Of a stretch of 64,000 nt of DNA, positions 38,159-47,546 are shown piece after piece. The DNA comes from Alphaproteobacteria bacterium (GTDB taxonomy: Bacteria > Pseudomonadota > Alphaproteobacteria > Micavibrionales > SZUA-601), in contig CBDFFU010000003.1 in the NCBI GenBank assembly GCA_965246875.1, positions 135,385 to 199,384 of the forward strand, written 5' to 3'. The translations under genes were made by a program, and so were the position numbers. The notes under the pieces are model-generated. The model saw only the letters and a program-made list of their open reading frames with translations. It ran no database searches and was not told the DNA's origin. How positions within the stretch are numbered: the stretch's first letter is position 1; every line of letters starts with the position of its first letter.

Positions 38159-38930
38159 GGTCGATTGCAATTGCGCGGCCGGTGGCATCGTCTGATGTCA
38201 CCAAAACACCGCAAAACGTGCCTTCACCAACCGCCGGCTGCAAACGTTGCAGGCGAATGCCGGTCGCAAATTTTTGCATGGGTGCCAGATAATCAGCACC
38301 AATAACGGAATCATGGTCGCCCGTCATGCCGACATCTGCCATGATGGCCGTACCTTTTGACAACAGCCGTGCATCAGCGGTTGGCACATGCGTATGTGTT
38401 CCCAACATTGCTGTCACGCGGCCATTCAAAAAATGCGCCATCGCCATTTTTTCCGATGTTGCCTCGGCGTGAAAATCAACCAGAACATGATCATAACTGC
38501 CCTGATATTTTTGCAGCCAGGTCTCAACAGCGACGAATGCATTGTTCGCCAGTGAATTGCCATCCATAAAAACACGGCCCTGCAAATGAATGACCGCCAG
38601 TTTTTTGTTACGCTCGCCTGTCAGCTCATGCCAGCCCTTGCCCGGCGTTCCCGCTGGAAAATTCAAGGGGCGCAGAACGAATGGCGACCGGTCCAGATGC
38701 GCGATCATTTCTTTTTGATCCCACACATGATCCCCACCTGTCAGCAGATCAATACCCATGTCATACAATTCTTTGACCAGGACCGGCGTCACACCGGCTC
38801 CGTGTGATGCATTGTCGGCATTGGCAATCACAAAATCCGGCTGATATTGCTCACGAATGATAGGGAGATGTTTGGCAATGGCATCACGCCCTGGCCGGCC
38901 GAAAATATCGCCGATGAATAAAATCTTCAT
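38133..38930 (-). CDS. YmdB-family metallophosphoesterase (2',3'-cyclic-nucleotide phosphodiesterase-like)
   Basis: MKILFIGDIFGRPGRDAI...FVIANADNASHGAGVTP. Confidence 0.85.
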   Translation of the reverse strand: MKILFIGDIFGRPGRDAIAKHLPIIREQYQPDFVIANADNASHGAGVTPVLVKELYDMGIDLLTGGDHVWDQKEMIAHLDRSPFVLRPLNFPAGTPGKGWHELTGERNKKLAVIHLQGRVFMDGNSLANNAFVAVETWLQKYQGSYDHVLVDFHAEATSEKMAMAHFLNGRVTAMLGTHTHVPTADARLLSKGTAIMADVGMTGDHDSVIGADYLAPMQKFATGIRLQRLQPAVGEGTFCGVLVTSDDATGRAIAIDPIQRRPAV

Positions 38931-39415
38931 GACGCCGCCTGCGCCGGACGGATCATTTCAATATGCGGCACACCATCTTCTTCATAGGGTTCACCTTGTG
39001 CGACAAAGCCGTTTTTCACGTAAAAATCCTGCAGATGTGCCTGCGCCGATAAGGTCACAGCAACATCGCCAAACCGCTTTTTGATTTCTGCAAGAGAGGC
39101 ATCCATTATAATACGACCCATGCCCTGCCCGCGATAATCGCCATGGATCGCCACACGGCCAATGCGCGCCATCGGACATACAGCACCGTGGTAGTCATGA
39201 TAGGGTGAAAACAGCCGCGCATAAGCGCCAATTTGCTGCTTGTCATCATGATACGCATACAGATGCAAAACCTGCGGGTCGTAGCCGTCGGTTTCGGTAA
39301 AGAAACATCTCTGCTCCACCATAAACACGGCAATCCGCAATTGCAGGATGGCGTAAAGTTCGTGTGGGGTCAGATCGGCAAAGGATTCGCAGGAAAATTC
39401 AGGCTGATAGGTCAT
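38927..39415 (-). CDS. ElaA-like GNAT acetyltransferase
   Basis: FADLTPHELYAILQLRIAVFMVEQRCFFTETDGYD...YRGQGMGRIIM. Confidence 0.85.
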   Translation of the reverse strand: MTYQPEFSCESFADLTPHELYAILQLRIAVFMVEQRCFFTETDGYDPQVLHLYAYHDDKQQIGAYARLFSPYHDYHGAVCPMARIGRVAIHGDYRGQGMGRIIMDASLAEIKKRFGDVAVTLSAQAHLQDFYVKNGFVAQGEPYEEDGVPHIEMIRPAQAAS

Positions 39416-39451
39416 GCTATCAGGTTAGCAGAAGCACAACCGCTGACAATA

Positions 39452-40015
39452 TTATTTTAGTTGCAAAACATTAGTTTCCGTGACGATCCAATCCAATGGC
39501 TTGTCATGCGGTTCAGGCATAAAATCAATCTGCTGAAAACTGGCCGCCAGTCCAATCGTTTTCACCTGCGGCAGCAAACCCAGCGTCCGGTCGTAATAAC
39601 CGCCACCATAACCCAACCGATATCCCGCTTGCGTGAACCCCAATATCGGCACGATGATGATGTCAGGCTGCATGATTTCAGAATTTTCTGACGGCACGGG
39701 CAATCCATAAGCTCCCACAATCAATATATCATCAACATGATACGCTCGAAATTGCAGCGGAGCATGACGCGTTGTCACCGCCGGCAACGCAAGCTGATAG
39801 TGTTGCTGTGCCAGATTCTGCATCAATAAACCCGTATCCACTTCGTGGGACATCGGCCTATACAAAGCAATGCATGCGCCTGCGTCAGCCTGTTTTTCAA
39901 TCAACGTCTGCATCACTTGTGTAACAGCTGCGTTATGCGCCGTGTTAAATTCTGGCATCTGTGTTTGACAACGTTGTTTCAACTGCGCGCGTAACGCGTC
40001 TTTGTGCATCGTCAT
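39452..40015 (-). CDS. 5-formyltetrahydrofolate cyclo-ligase
   Basis: 187 aa with the GYGGGYYDRTL motif. Confidence 0.9.
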   Translation of the reverse strand: MTMHKDALRAQLKQRCQTQMPEFNTAHNAAVTQVMQTLIEKQADAGACIALYRPMSHEVDTGLLMQNLAQQHYQLALPAVTTRHAPLQFRAYHVDDILIVGAYGLPVPSENSEIMQPDIIIVPILGFTQAGYRLGYGGGYYDRTLGLLPQVKTIGLAASFQQIDFMPEPHDKPLDWIVTETNVLQLK

Positions 40016-41649
40016 GATAAATGTTTGGTGTCTTGCGCCAGCACATCCTTGCGCGATAGTTTGCCAATCAGGGTTTTCGGCAACGGCTGGTCGCGGAATT
40101 CGATCTGGCGCGGCATTTCAATCGGTGACAGATACGGTGTCAGAAACTCGCGCATCGCGTCTTTGGTTAGTCCTTGTCCGTCTTTTAATTTCACCCAGAT
40201 TTTCACCGCTTCGCCGCGATAATCGTCCGGCACACCGGCACAAATACATTCCTCAACCGCAGCGTGTTTATAGACCATCTCTTCAATATGACTGGGATAA
40301 ACATTATACCCGCCGCAAATGATCAAGTCTTTCAACCGGTCAACGATAAACACGTAGCCGTCGGCATCGACGTAACCCAGATCACCCGTACGCAACCGGC
40401 CCTGTTCCATCACGTTTGCGGTTTCATCAGGCTGCTTGTAATAACCCTGCATCACTTGTGGCCCGCTGATGCAAATCTCGCCAACCGCGCCTTGTGCAAC
40501 CGGCATGCGCGTCTCGGGTGATATGATCGTGACGGATGTCCCACCCAAGGGCAGGCCAATGGATTTATCCTTGATCGGCCGACCGTCCAGCGGATTGCAA
40601 CAGGCTACTGGTGAACATTCCGTGAGGCCATACCCCTCAACCAGCTTACAGCCCGTAATCGCTTCAAAACGCTGCCGGATTTCCAATGGCAAGGGCGCCC
40701 CGCCAGAGATGCAGAGCCTGATCGACCGCAAATCGAACTGTATCAGGTTTTTGGCGTTGACGATCGCCGTATAGAGCGTTGGCACCGCCTGAAAAATCGT
40801 CGGTCTCTTGCGATGGATGGTTTTCAGCAATTGCTGTTGCTCAAAGCGCGGCAGCAGCACCAGCGTAGCGCCCAATTTGATGCCCAGATTTAACACCGAG
40901 GTCAGGGCAAACACATGAAAAAACGGGATGACCGCCAGGAAAATTTCTTCGCCTTCGCGCGCGCCGTGGAACCAGTCGCGGCATTGCTGCGCATTCGCCA
41001 GCAAATTGGCATGGGTCAGCATCGCGGCTTTGCTCTTGCCCGTGGTGCCGCCAGTGAATTGCAACACAGCCACATCATCAGGATCAATTGTCGGTAAATC
41101 TGTTGGCTGGGAGCTGGCCTGTTTGATCATATCACGATGCCACAACAGGCACGGTGCCGATCTGCGGTAGATCTCCCGATGCTTTAAGATTTTAAAGCCG
41201 ATTTTCGTCAGGCCTGGCAAATCGTCCGCCATGCATGTCACGATGATCTTTTTCACACGGCTGCGCCCATCGCACAGCGGTGTGACCTTATCAATCAATT
41301 TGGTAAAATTCAGCGTGACGATGTAATCGGCGCTGACTTGTGTCACATACTGTTCAATCTCATGCGCCGTGTAGAGCGGGTTCAGATTAACGACGGTTCC
41401 ACCCAACAATAATGTCGCAAAATAATACCGGACATACGCCGGGCAATTGGGCAGCAGCAATGCGATCTTTGTTCCCTTGCCAACCCCTTGTTGCTGCAAG
41501 CCCGCCGCCACATGTTGCACCTCAGCCCACAAGGTTTTGTAAGTTATTTCTGTATTGAGAAAATCCAGCGCAACCCGGTTTGGATAACGTTGTGTGGATG
41601 TGTTGAGGATATCACTTATAATCATATCAACCTTTGGAATGATGATCAT
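40012..41649 (-). CDS. AMP-dependent acyl-CoA synthetase/ligase (FadD-like)
   Basis: LQFTGGTTGKSKAAMLTHANL (AMP-binding motif) and GDLGYVDADGYVFIVDRLKDLI. The start may instead be the second Met, at 41625. Confidence 0.9.
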   Translation of the reverse strand: MIIIPKVDMIISDILNTSTQRYPNRVALDFLNTEITYKTLWAEVQHVAAGLQQQGVGKGTKIALLLPNCPAYVRYYFATLLLGGTVVNLNPLYTAHEIEQYVTQVSADYIVTLNFTKLIDKVTPLCDGRSRVKKIIVTCMADDLPGLTKIGFKILKHREIYRRSAPCLLWHRDMIKQASSQPTDLPTIDPDDVAVLQFTGGTTGKSKAAMLTHANLLANAQQCRDWFHGAREGEEIFLAVIPFFHVFALTSVLNLGIKLGATLVLLPRFEQQQLLKTIHRKRPTIFQAVPTLYTAIVNAKNLIQFDLRSIRLCISGGAPLPLEIRQRFEAITGCKLVEGYGLTECSPVACCNPLDGRPIKDKSIGLPLGGTSVTIISPETRMPVAQGAVGEICISGPQVMQGYYKQPDETANVMEQGRLRTGDLGYVDADGYVFIVDRLKDLIICGGYNVYPSHIEEMVYKHAAVEECICAGVPDDYRGEAVKIWVKLKDGQGLTKDAMREFLTPYLSPIEMPRQIEFRDQPLPKTLIGKLSRKDVLAQDTKHLS

Positions 41650-42445
41650 AAAGCGTCTTTAAGCGTTTTAAAACAGTGTCTGATTTTTGACCTAAACCAC
41701 TTTCAGTCAAACTCGTTTGGTTATCACGAATCAAATTCATACGTTTTCTCAAAGACGCCTCCATTATTACTGTACAGACTTTCATTTCATCTTCAGTAAA
41801 AAGCTGCCGCAAGTCTATTATAGCCTTTTGAATATTTTTTTCTGGTGTTTTTTGACCTTGATACATCTCGACCAAAGGCAATGGCTCTGTCAGTCCAGTT
41901 AAAGCAGTTTCATGCTCCCTGCCAAGTGTTATAGTTTCAAAATCAAATGGCTTGAAACACGTGTTTAAAACATAATCTTCATAGGTACGAGCTGTTTTAC
42001 TTTTATCTTTTTCAATGATGAGATTGGTTGGATTGAAATCGAGATTTCCAATTCCACCCACGATAGCTGGAATGAGATCATTAAATACAAATTGCCCGCA
42101 AAATTTTCGCTCTTCCAGTGTTGCATTCTGTAAGTATTGTGGCAAAGACTGGCCCGATAAATAATTCATATTCAGCGCGTATAACTTTGGTGATCCGCCA
42201 TAAATTTCTTTTAAACGCTGTGGGAAACCTTCAGGTTTCAAAATAAGCAGAGATTGCGTGGGAACATCGTACCCCATCCCGCCAACCAACCGGTTATTGT
42301 GAATCGACGCCAATGCAGCAAGTTTATCCGTGTAGGTTTTGACAACGATATTCTGACTTGACATAGGTGCCAAGAAAACAGCTGTGTTAGATTGATTTGT
42401 GACAGAGATGTCAATTAAATCTGTGGCCGAATTTATGCGCAGCAT
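41627..42445 (-). CDS. hypothetical protein with kinase-like motifs, AT-rich ORFan
   Basis: 272-aa ORF containing VVK, GNLDFNPTNLII (DxxxxN) and PFDFE. Confidence 0.5.
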   Translation of the reverse strand: MLRINSATDLIDISVTNQSNTAVFLAPMSSQNIVVKTYTDKLAALASIHNNRLVGGMGYDVPTQSLLILKPEGFPQRLKEIYGGSPKLYALNMNYLSGQSLPQYLQNATLEERKFCGQFVFNDLIPAIVGGIGNLDFNPTNLIIEKDKSKTARTYEDYVLNTCFKPFDFETITLGREHETALTGLTEPLPLVEMYQGQKTPEKNIQKAIIDLRQLFTEDEMKVCTVIMEASLRKRMNLIRDNQTSLTESGLGQKSDTVLKRLKTLYDHHSKG

Positions 42446-42511
42446 CGCTGATCCATAGGTAAATAAATATTTACCTTATTATATTTCATATATGTTAATT
42501 TTACGTTTTAG

Positions 42512-42862
42512 TTACGTCATGATTAGATCAAGATAACCATCTAGGTCTGCACGTGTTTTAAATGTCTTTAAAGCAGTCATAATTTCGCCTGTAGTCTGAC
42601 CAAAATTCGACGCTTCCTGATAATTTAATGTCGCTACTCGATTTTTGATATTTCCTAAGCTTACAGCATTTAACACTGCATTGCTGCTAAATCCTTGGTA
42701 CATACCGATCATAAAAGGTTCATCTTCAGATAATGAATCAGTTATTTCTCTCTCATAAATCCGAAACGCATTCATTTTTCCATACCGAGACAGATCAGCT
42801 AATTTGTTATCCAAAACTCTCGGATTTACCAAAGCTTGTAATGTTCCAGAACGTTTGAGCAT
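42512..42862 (-). CDS. hypothetical protein, AT-rich ORFan
   Basis: 116-aa ORF. No family recognised. Confidence 0.45.
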   Translation of the reverse strand: MLKRSGTLQALVNPRVLDNKLADLSRYGKMNAFRIYEREITDSLSEDEPFMIGMYQGFSSNAVLNAVSLGNIKNRVATLNYQEASNFGQTTGEIMTALKTFKTRADLDGYLDLIMT

Positions 42863-42976
42863 TTCACCCTCTTATAATAATATTTTTACACAACATATCA
42901 TATTTTTCAGAGAATCCTAGTTACACATGTGTTATAAAGCTTTTAAAACACAAACAACTTTAACTATTTGTAAAAT

Positions 42977-43804
42977 ATGAGTAATATGAAATTTTTAATT
43001 TGCCCATTTGATAAGCTTTTATTATCTTGCCAAGAAAAAACCGCCACTTGCCCAAGCGGCCATAATTTTGACCGGGCCAAGGAAGGCTACCTGAACCTCC
43101 TCCCCGTGCAGGCGAAGCAGACGAAAGATCCGGGTGATTCGCCGGCGATGGTGCAGGCACGGCGGGCGTTTTTGGCGACCGGGTTTTATGATCCGATCAT
43201 TGATGCCATTGTCGCCCGCGTGTTGAAACAATCGCCAGCCGCCGGCACATTGGCATTGCTGGATGCCGGGTGCGGGGAAGGCTATTATCTCAATCACCTG
43301 CAAAACGTGTTGAGCACCATCTCTTTGGCGTTGTGCGGCCTCGATATCTCCAAGCACGCGGTCAAGGCGGCCGCCAAAACCAACCGCACGATTGACTGGC
43401 TGGTTGCCAGCAACCGGCAATTGCCGTTTGCCGATCAATCGCTGGACGTTGTGTTATGCACGTTCGGTTTTCCAGTCTGGCCAGAGTTTCAACGTGTGTT
43501 GAAATCGGACGGCATCGTCATTATGGCTGACCCAGGGCCCGATCATCTGCTTGAATTGCGCCAATTGCTGTATGGCACCGTCACACAAAAAGCGTCTGAT
43601 CACGCTGTGCCAGAGAGTTTTACCCTGTCAGCAATAGAAACCGTCCGCCATATTTTTCACCCATCTGCCCATGATCTGCGTCATCTCATTGCCATGACAC
43701 CACATCAACATCGTGCCTCTGCTGTCGCGATCGATCAAGCGATTGCCACCGGCTGTACCGGCTTGACGCTGGATGTTGCTTTGCGCATTCTGCGTTTGTC
43801 ATGA
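42977..43804 (+). CDS. rlmA: 23S rRNA (guanine745-N1)-methyltransferase
   Basis: N-terminal zinc-binding CP..C....CPSGHNFDRAKEGYLNLL and the SAM motif LLDAGCGEGYY. Confidence 0.85.
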   Translation: MSNMKFLICPFDKLLLSCQEKTATCPSGHNFDRAKEGYLNLLPVQAKQTKDPGDSPAMVQARRAFLATGFYDPIIDAIVARVLKQSPAAGTLALLDAGCGEGYYLNHLQNVLSTISLALCGLDISKHAVKAAAKTNRTIDWLVASNRQLPFADQSLDVVLCTFGFPVWPEFQRVLKSDGIVIMADPGPDHLLELRQLLYGTVTQKASDHAVPESFTLSAIETVRHIFHPSAHDLRHLIAMTPHQHRASAVAIDQAIATGCTGLTLDVALRILRLS

Positions 43805-44070
43805 AAGATCGGTCATCCCTGCAGATTTTTACCGAAATCGGTTTCGGCAATCCACATTTCGTGTCAACGGAAATCGAAAAAAACGGTCGGGAAAAGCGGA
43901 TTAAAAAACGCGTATGTTACCGGGTGACGGGCATTTATCTGCGCATCTGGATCGGGCGGCGCGTTGCTATTTTATCGACACGGAACGGTTTTGAGATAGA
44001 GAAAAAGACACGATCGACCTTCAAACTGATTCTTGGCTGCCGTGGCTCAATTGACCGGGGATCGTCATGA
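43801..44070 (+). CDS. hypothetical small basic protein, translationally coupled between rlmA and rnhA
   Basis: 89 codons with ATGA overlaps at both ends. Confidence 0.5.
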   Translation: MKDRSSLQIFTEIGFGNPHFVSTEIEKNGREKRIKKRVCYRVTGIYLRIWIGRRVAILSTRNGFEIEKKTRSTFKLILGCRGSIDRGSS

Positions 44071-44498
44071 AACACATCACCATTTACACAGACGGCGCCT
44101 GTCGTGGCAATCCAGGTCCGGGTGGTTGGGCGGCATTGCTCATTCACGGCGATCATCAAAAAGAAATCAGCGGCCATGCACCCGCTACGACGAATAACCG
44201 CATGGAATTGCAGGCCGCCATTGAATCCCTTAAAGCCTTAAAAGGCCCATGCCAGGTTGACCTGCACACCGACAGCCAATATGTACGACGCGGCATCACG
44301 GAATGGATCACCGGCTGGCAAGCGCGGGGATGGAAAACGGCCGATAAGAAGCCAGTGAAAAATCAGGATCTGTGGCAGGATTTATTGGATGCCGCAGCGC
44401 CGCATGCGATTACCTGGCACTGGGTCGAAGGCCATGCTGGTCACACGCACAATGAACGGGTCGATGAATTGGCGGTTGCGGCCAGCCAGCAGTCTTAA
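44067..44498 (+). CDS. rnhA: ribonuclease HI
   Basis: [20 protein letters not shown]...[13 protein letters not shown]...TDSQYV...[20 protein letters not shown]. Confidence 0.95.
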   Translation: MKHITIYTDGACRGNPGPGGWAALLIHGDHQKEISGHAPATTNNRMELQAAIESLKALKGPCQVDLHTDSQYVRRGITEWITGWQARGWKTADKKPVKNQDLWQDLLDAAAPHAITWHWVEGHAGHTHNERVDELAVAASQQS

Positions 44499-44740
44499 AA
44501 CATCTTTTGGATCACGCTTAATCCTTGATATCCTGTTATGACGTGGCAGGTGCAATTTCTTTTATTGTGTATATAAAAGAAATCCAAATCGTCTTCGCCA
44601 TAAAAACGTCGCAAATCGTTTTTTTGTTGCTCAATACTTAAATACATTTGTTCTATTTGACTCAGCGGTATTTGCACGACAGATTTTCTGATAAAAATAT
44701 TTTCTTTTTCCGTTAAAAACATGTCCGCCGTCGTCAACAT
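44495..44740 (-). CDS. hypothetical small protein, AT-rich
   Basis: 81 codons. Its start overlaps the stop of the upstream yqgE/algH-like gene (TAATG). Confidence 0.4.
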   Translation of the reverse strand: MLTTADMFLTEKENIFIRKSVVQIPLSQIEQMYLSIEQQKNDLRRFYGEDDLDFFYIHNKRNCTCHVITGYQGLSVIQKMF

Positions 44741-45441
44741 TACGCCCGCCCACTCGTCATGGACAAGTTGCCCAAATTCACACCCACACTCTGGATGGCT
44801 TTGTCCCAGATCAATTCCGATGCCGTATCAAACACCAACCCCGATTGGAACGACGCCGTCAGCCATGCATTGTCCCGCAGTTCCGCTTCCAGCTGGCCCG
44901 CTGTCCAGCCCGCATAACCCAGCGCCAGCAATGCTTTTTGCGGGCCACGGCCCTTGGCGATCATATCGATCATGTCGAGCGATGTTGTCAGTGCCAAGGT
45001 ATCATGCAGGCGTTTGGTATGCGGCAGCATCACGTCAGGAGAATGCAACACGAACCCACGGCCAATTTCCACCGGGCCACCAAAACAGACCGGCACCGCG
45101 ACCGCTTCATCGTCAGCCAGTTCCTCCGGCGTTTTTTGCTCCGTGCGGATTTGCTGCAACAAATCGCCAAAGGTTAGATCGTCCAGTGGCCGGTTGATGA
45201 TCAGCCCCATCGCCCCGTTCGCGTCATGTTCCAGCACCATCATCACAGACTGATGAAACCGCGGATCTTCCATTTGCGGCATGGCAATCAATAATTGCCC
45301 TTGCAACGAGGCAAAATCGCCCGGCGGGGTCGCAGACAGGGTTACACTGGCGTTAATACGGAATTCTCCATGGATTACAAAGCGTCTTTGGTCTATATAG
45401 AGGGGACGTTTCGTTTTACCAGATTTTGTGGCAAACACCAT
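44740..45441 (-). CDS. YqgE/AlgH-family protein
   Basis: LLIAMPQMEDPRFHQSVMMVLEHDANGAMGLIINRP. The start is uncertain, and the long 349-aa extension is rejected. Confidence 0.78.
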   Translation of the reverse strand: MVFATKSGKTKRPLYIDQRRFVIHGEFRINASVTLSATPPGDFASLQGQLLIAMPQMEDPRFHQSVMMVLEHDANGAMGLIINRPLDDLTFGDLLQQIRTEQKTPEELADDEAVAVPVCFGGPVEIGRGFVLHSPDVMLPHTKRLHDTLALTTSLDMIDMIAKGRGPQKALLALGYAGWTAGQLEAELRDNAWLTASFQSGLVFDTASELIWDKAIQSVGVNLGNLSMTSGRA

Positions 45442-45444
45442 TCC

Positions 45445-46125
45445 ATGACGACACTTCATAACCATGTTGCCGGACTGAGCCAACGCCCGACGCAGCGTAT
45501 GCAATGGCGCAACACGCTGGAACGGTTTGGCCTGCGCGCACAATTGCTGCATGCGCTTATCGGATTTGCAATTCTGGTCATGCTGCCTGTCGGGTTTGCC
45601 ATCGATTACCTGCCACCGAAGGCTTGGCCAGCCGGCTGGCAGCCCGTCATCGTGACATTCCACAAAGGCCTGGGCCTGTGGATTTTGCTGTTCGCCCTGC
45701 TGTGGTTTGTGCACTGGAAATGGCAGACAACACCCGCGCCGATGCCCAACCAGCGACGCCCATTGCACCGGCTGGCCAAACTGGTGCATCGAATGCTGCT
45801 AGTCTTGTGTATTGCGATGCCCTTATCCGGCTGGGTCATGGTGTCGGCCTGGGGTGATAATGCCATTGCGCTGGCGCCTTATTTTCATTTGCCAGCCATT
45901 GCCAAAACTGATCAGGCCTTTGCCAAGGCGATGCTGGGCGTGCATGTCTTGTTTGCTTGGATCATCACCGGCCTGCTGGCTTTACATGTTGCCGGTGTTC
46001 TTTATCATCAATTCATCAAACGCGACCCGACCCTGAAACGGATGATCCCGCGTTTTAAACCGCCTGCCGGTCATCATCGCTTCCAGTTCGACCGCGCCAA
46101 AGCTTACACCCAAAAATTGAAATAA
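45445..46125 (+). CDS. cytochrome b561 family protein
   Basis: Four TM segments with conserved His residues (LLHALIGFAIL, FHKGLGLWIL, VHRMLLVLC, HVAGVLYHQF). The start is uncertain (45445 or 45499). Confidence 0.78.
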   Translation: MTTLHNHVAGLSQRPTQRMQWRNTLERFGLRAQLLHALIGFAILVMLPVGFAIDYLPPKAWPAGWQPVIVTFHKGLGLWILLFALLWFVHWKWQTTPAPMPNQRRPLHRLAKLVHRMLLVLCIAMPLSGWVMVSAWGDNAIALAPYFHLPAIAKTDQAFAKAMLGVHVLFAWIITGLLALHVAGVLYHQFIKRDPTLKRMIPRFKPPAGHHRFQFDRAKAYTQKLK

Positions 46126-46146
46126 GTGTTTCAGAAAGGCTACGCC

Positions 46147-47049
46147 ATGCCAAGCCCGATCATGCCGCATCACCCCAACTCTCCTGAAGCCCAAGACATG
46201 TCCTGTGGCTGCGGCGGCAAAGGTGGCGGCGAGTGCGGACAAAAAACGACAACAGTTGGTTGCGGATGCTGTGGTATGACCTGCGGTGGCCGTTGTGGCT
46301 GTATGACAGCATCCCGCCGCAGCTTTTGCCCCATTACGGCATTATTGATGGCACTCGTTATCGGCGGCGGCATTGCCTTTGCTGGCCGGATGATCGGGCA
46401 TGGCATCACCAGCATGTCAACGGCACAGCGTTACGTCTCCATGCGTGGCTTTGCCGAAAAAGATGTGACAGCCGATCTGGCGTTGTGGAACATCGGGTAT
46501 GCGGCAACCGGCAACGATCTATCCGTGGTGCAAACCAAAATCGAAGCAGACACGCAGACAATTCGTAAATTACTGGCCGACAGCGGTTTGACGGATGATG
46601 AGGTCATTACTTTGCCACTGACCATGACCGACTTGCTGGCCCGTGATTATCGCTCCGAAGGCTCAAACCAGGCGCGTTATATTGTTTACGGGTCATTGCG
46701 TGTGCGCACCGACAAAGTGGCTTTGGTGCAAAAAATCAGCGGCACACAAATCGGCGCGCTGATCCGCGCCGGGGTGACGTTGCGCGACAACCAGCAACCG
46801 CCCGTTTATGTGTACACAAAATTGAAGGATGTCAAACCCGCGATGGTGGCGGATGCCACCAAAGATGCTAAAGCCGCCGCTAATACGTTTGCCCAAGACA
46901 GCGGCGCCACACTTGGCGGCATCCGCCAAGCACAACAGGGCGTGTTCCAAATCCTCCCCCGCGACCAGGCCGACGGCGTCTACGAAGCCGCCGAGATCAA
47001 CAAAAAAGTGCGCGTGGTGACGACAGTGGATTATTATTTGAAAGATTAG
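46147..47049 (+). CDS. SIMPL (DUF541) domain protein with a Cys/Gly-rich N-terminal extension and one TM segment
   Basis: ATG with an aaagg RBS. The SIMPL-like body reads VSMRGFAEKDVTADLALW...VRVVTTVDYYL. Confidence 0.78.
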   Translation: MPSPIMPHHPNSPEAQDMSCGCGGKGGGECGQKTTTVGCGCCGMTCGGRCGCMTASRRSFCPITALLMALVIGGGIAFAGRMIGHGITSMSTAQRYVSMRGFAEKDVTADLALWNIGYAATGNDLSVVQTKIEADTQTIRKLLADSGLTDDEVITLPLTMTDLLARDYRSEGSNQARYIVYGSLRVRTDKVALVQKISGTQIGALIRAGVTLRDNQQPPVYVYTKLKDVKPAMVADATKDAKAAANTFAQDSGATLGGIRQAQQGVFQILPRDQADGVYEAAEINKKVRVVTTVDYYLKD

Positions 47050-47546
47050 ATTGTCTCGGTGTGTTCCAGATAATAAACCGTGTTCTCAGAACGTGCCTGT
47101 AAGGCCATCTTGACCCGTGGTGCCAGACTTTGACGCAAAAGATCAATAGCGCTGGACGGTTCAACGAAACGATATCCCGCGATTTCATCGTTTTTCAAGC
47201 GCATAGCGGCAATCTGTGCATCTGTTAAAACACTGCCATCGAAAATGATTTGATAGCTGTCTTGCGTGACATCGTCGACATGATGCGGCATGTAATCCAA
47301 ACACAGCAATCGCCCGATGGTCACGTCCAAGCCTATTTCCTCTTGTGCTTCACGTTTCGCTGCCTCGCGTGGCGATTCATTGTTCTCAACCATGCCGCCT
47401 GGAATCACCCACCCTTGTGAATAAACTTGCAGCAGCGGCTCTAATATCAATATCTCGCCGGCGGAATTGAAAAACAACGCACCACTTGCCGACCGCTTAT
47501 GCGGCAATGTTGCAAGCCATTTGGCGCGGGAAGAAAAATCAGTCAT
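47046..47546 (-). CDS. NUDIX hydrolase
   Basis: NUDIX box GGMVENNESPREAAKREAQEEIGL. An alternative start lies at 47564. Confidence 0.8.
   Translation of the reverse strand: MTDFSSRAKWLATLPHKRSASGALFFNSAGEILILEPLLQVYSQGWVIPGGMVENNESPREAAKREAQEEIGLDVTIGRLLCLDYMPHHVDDVTQDSYQIIFDGSVLTDAQIAAMRLKNDEIAGYRFVEPSSAIDLLRQSLAPRVKMALQARSENTVYYLEHTETI

Noticed and set aside
39416-40015. 6S RNA (ssrS), which in many bacteria sits just upstream of the 5-formyltetrahydrofolate cyclo-ligase gene.
   Set aside because: The cyclo-ligase start overlaps the end of the acyl-CoA ligase gene (ATGA-type overlap at 40012..40015), which leaves no non-coding space.
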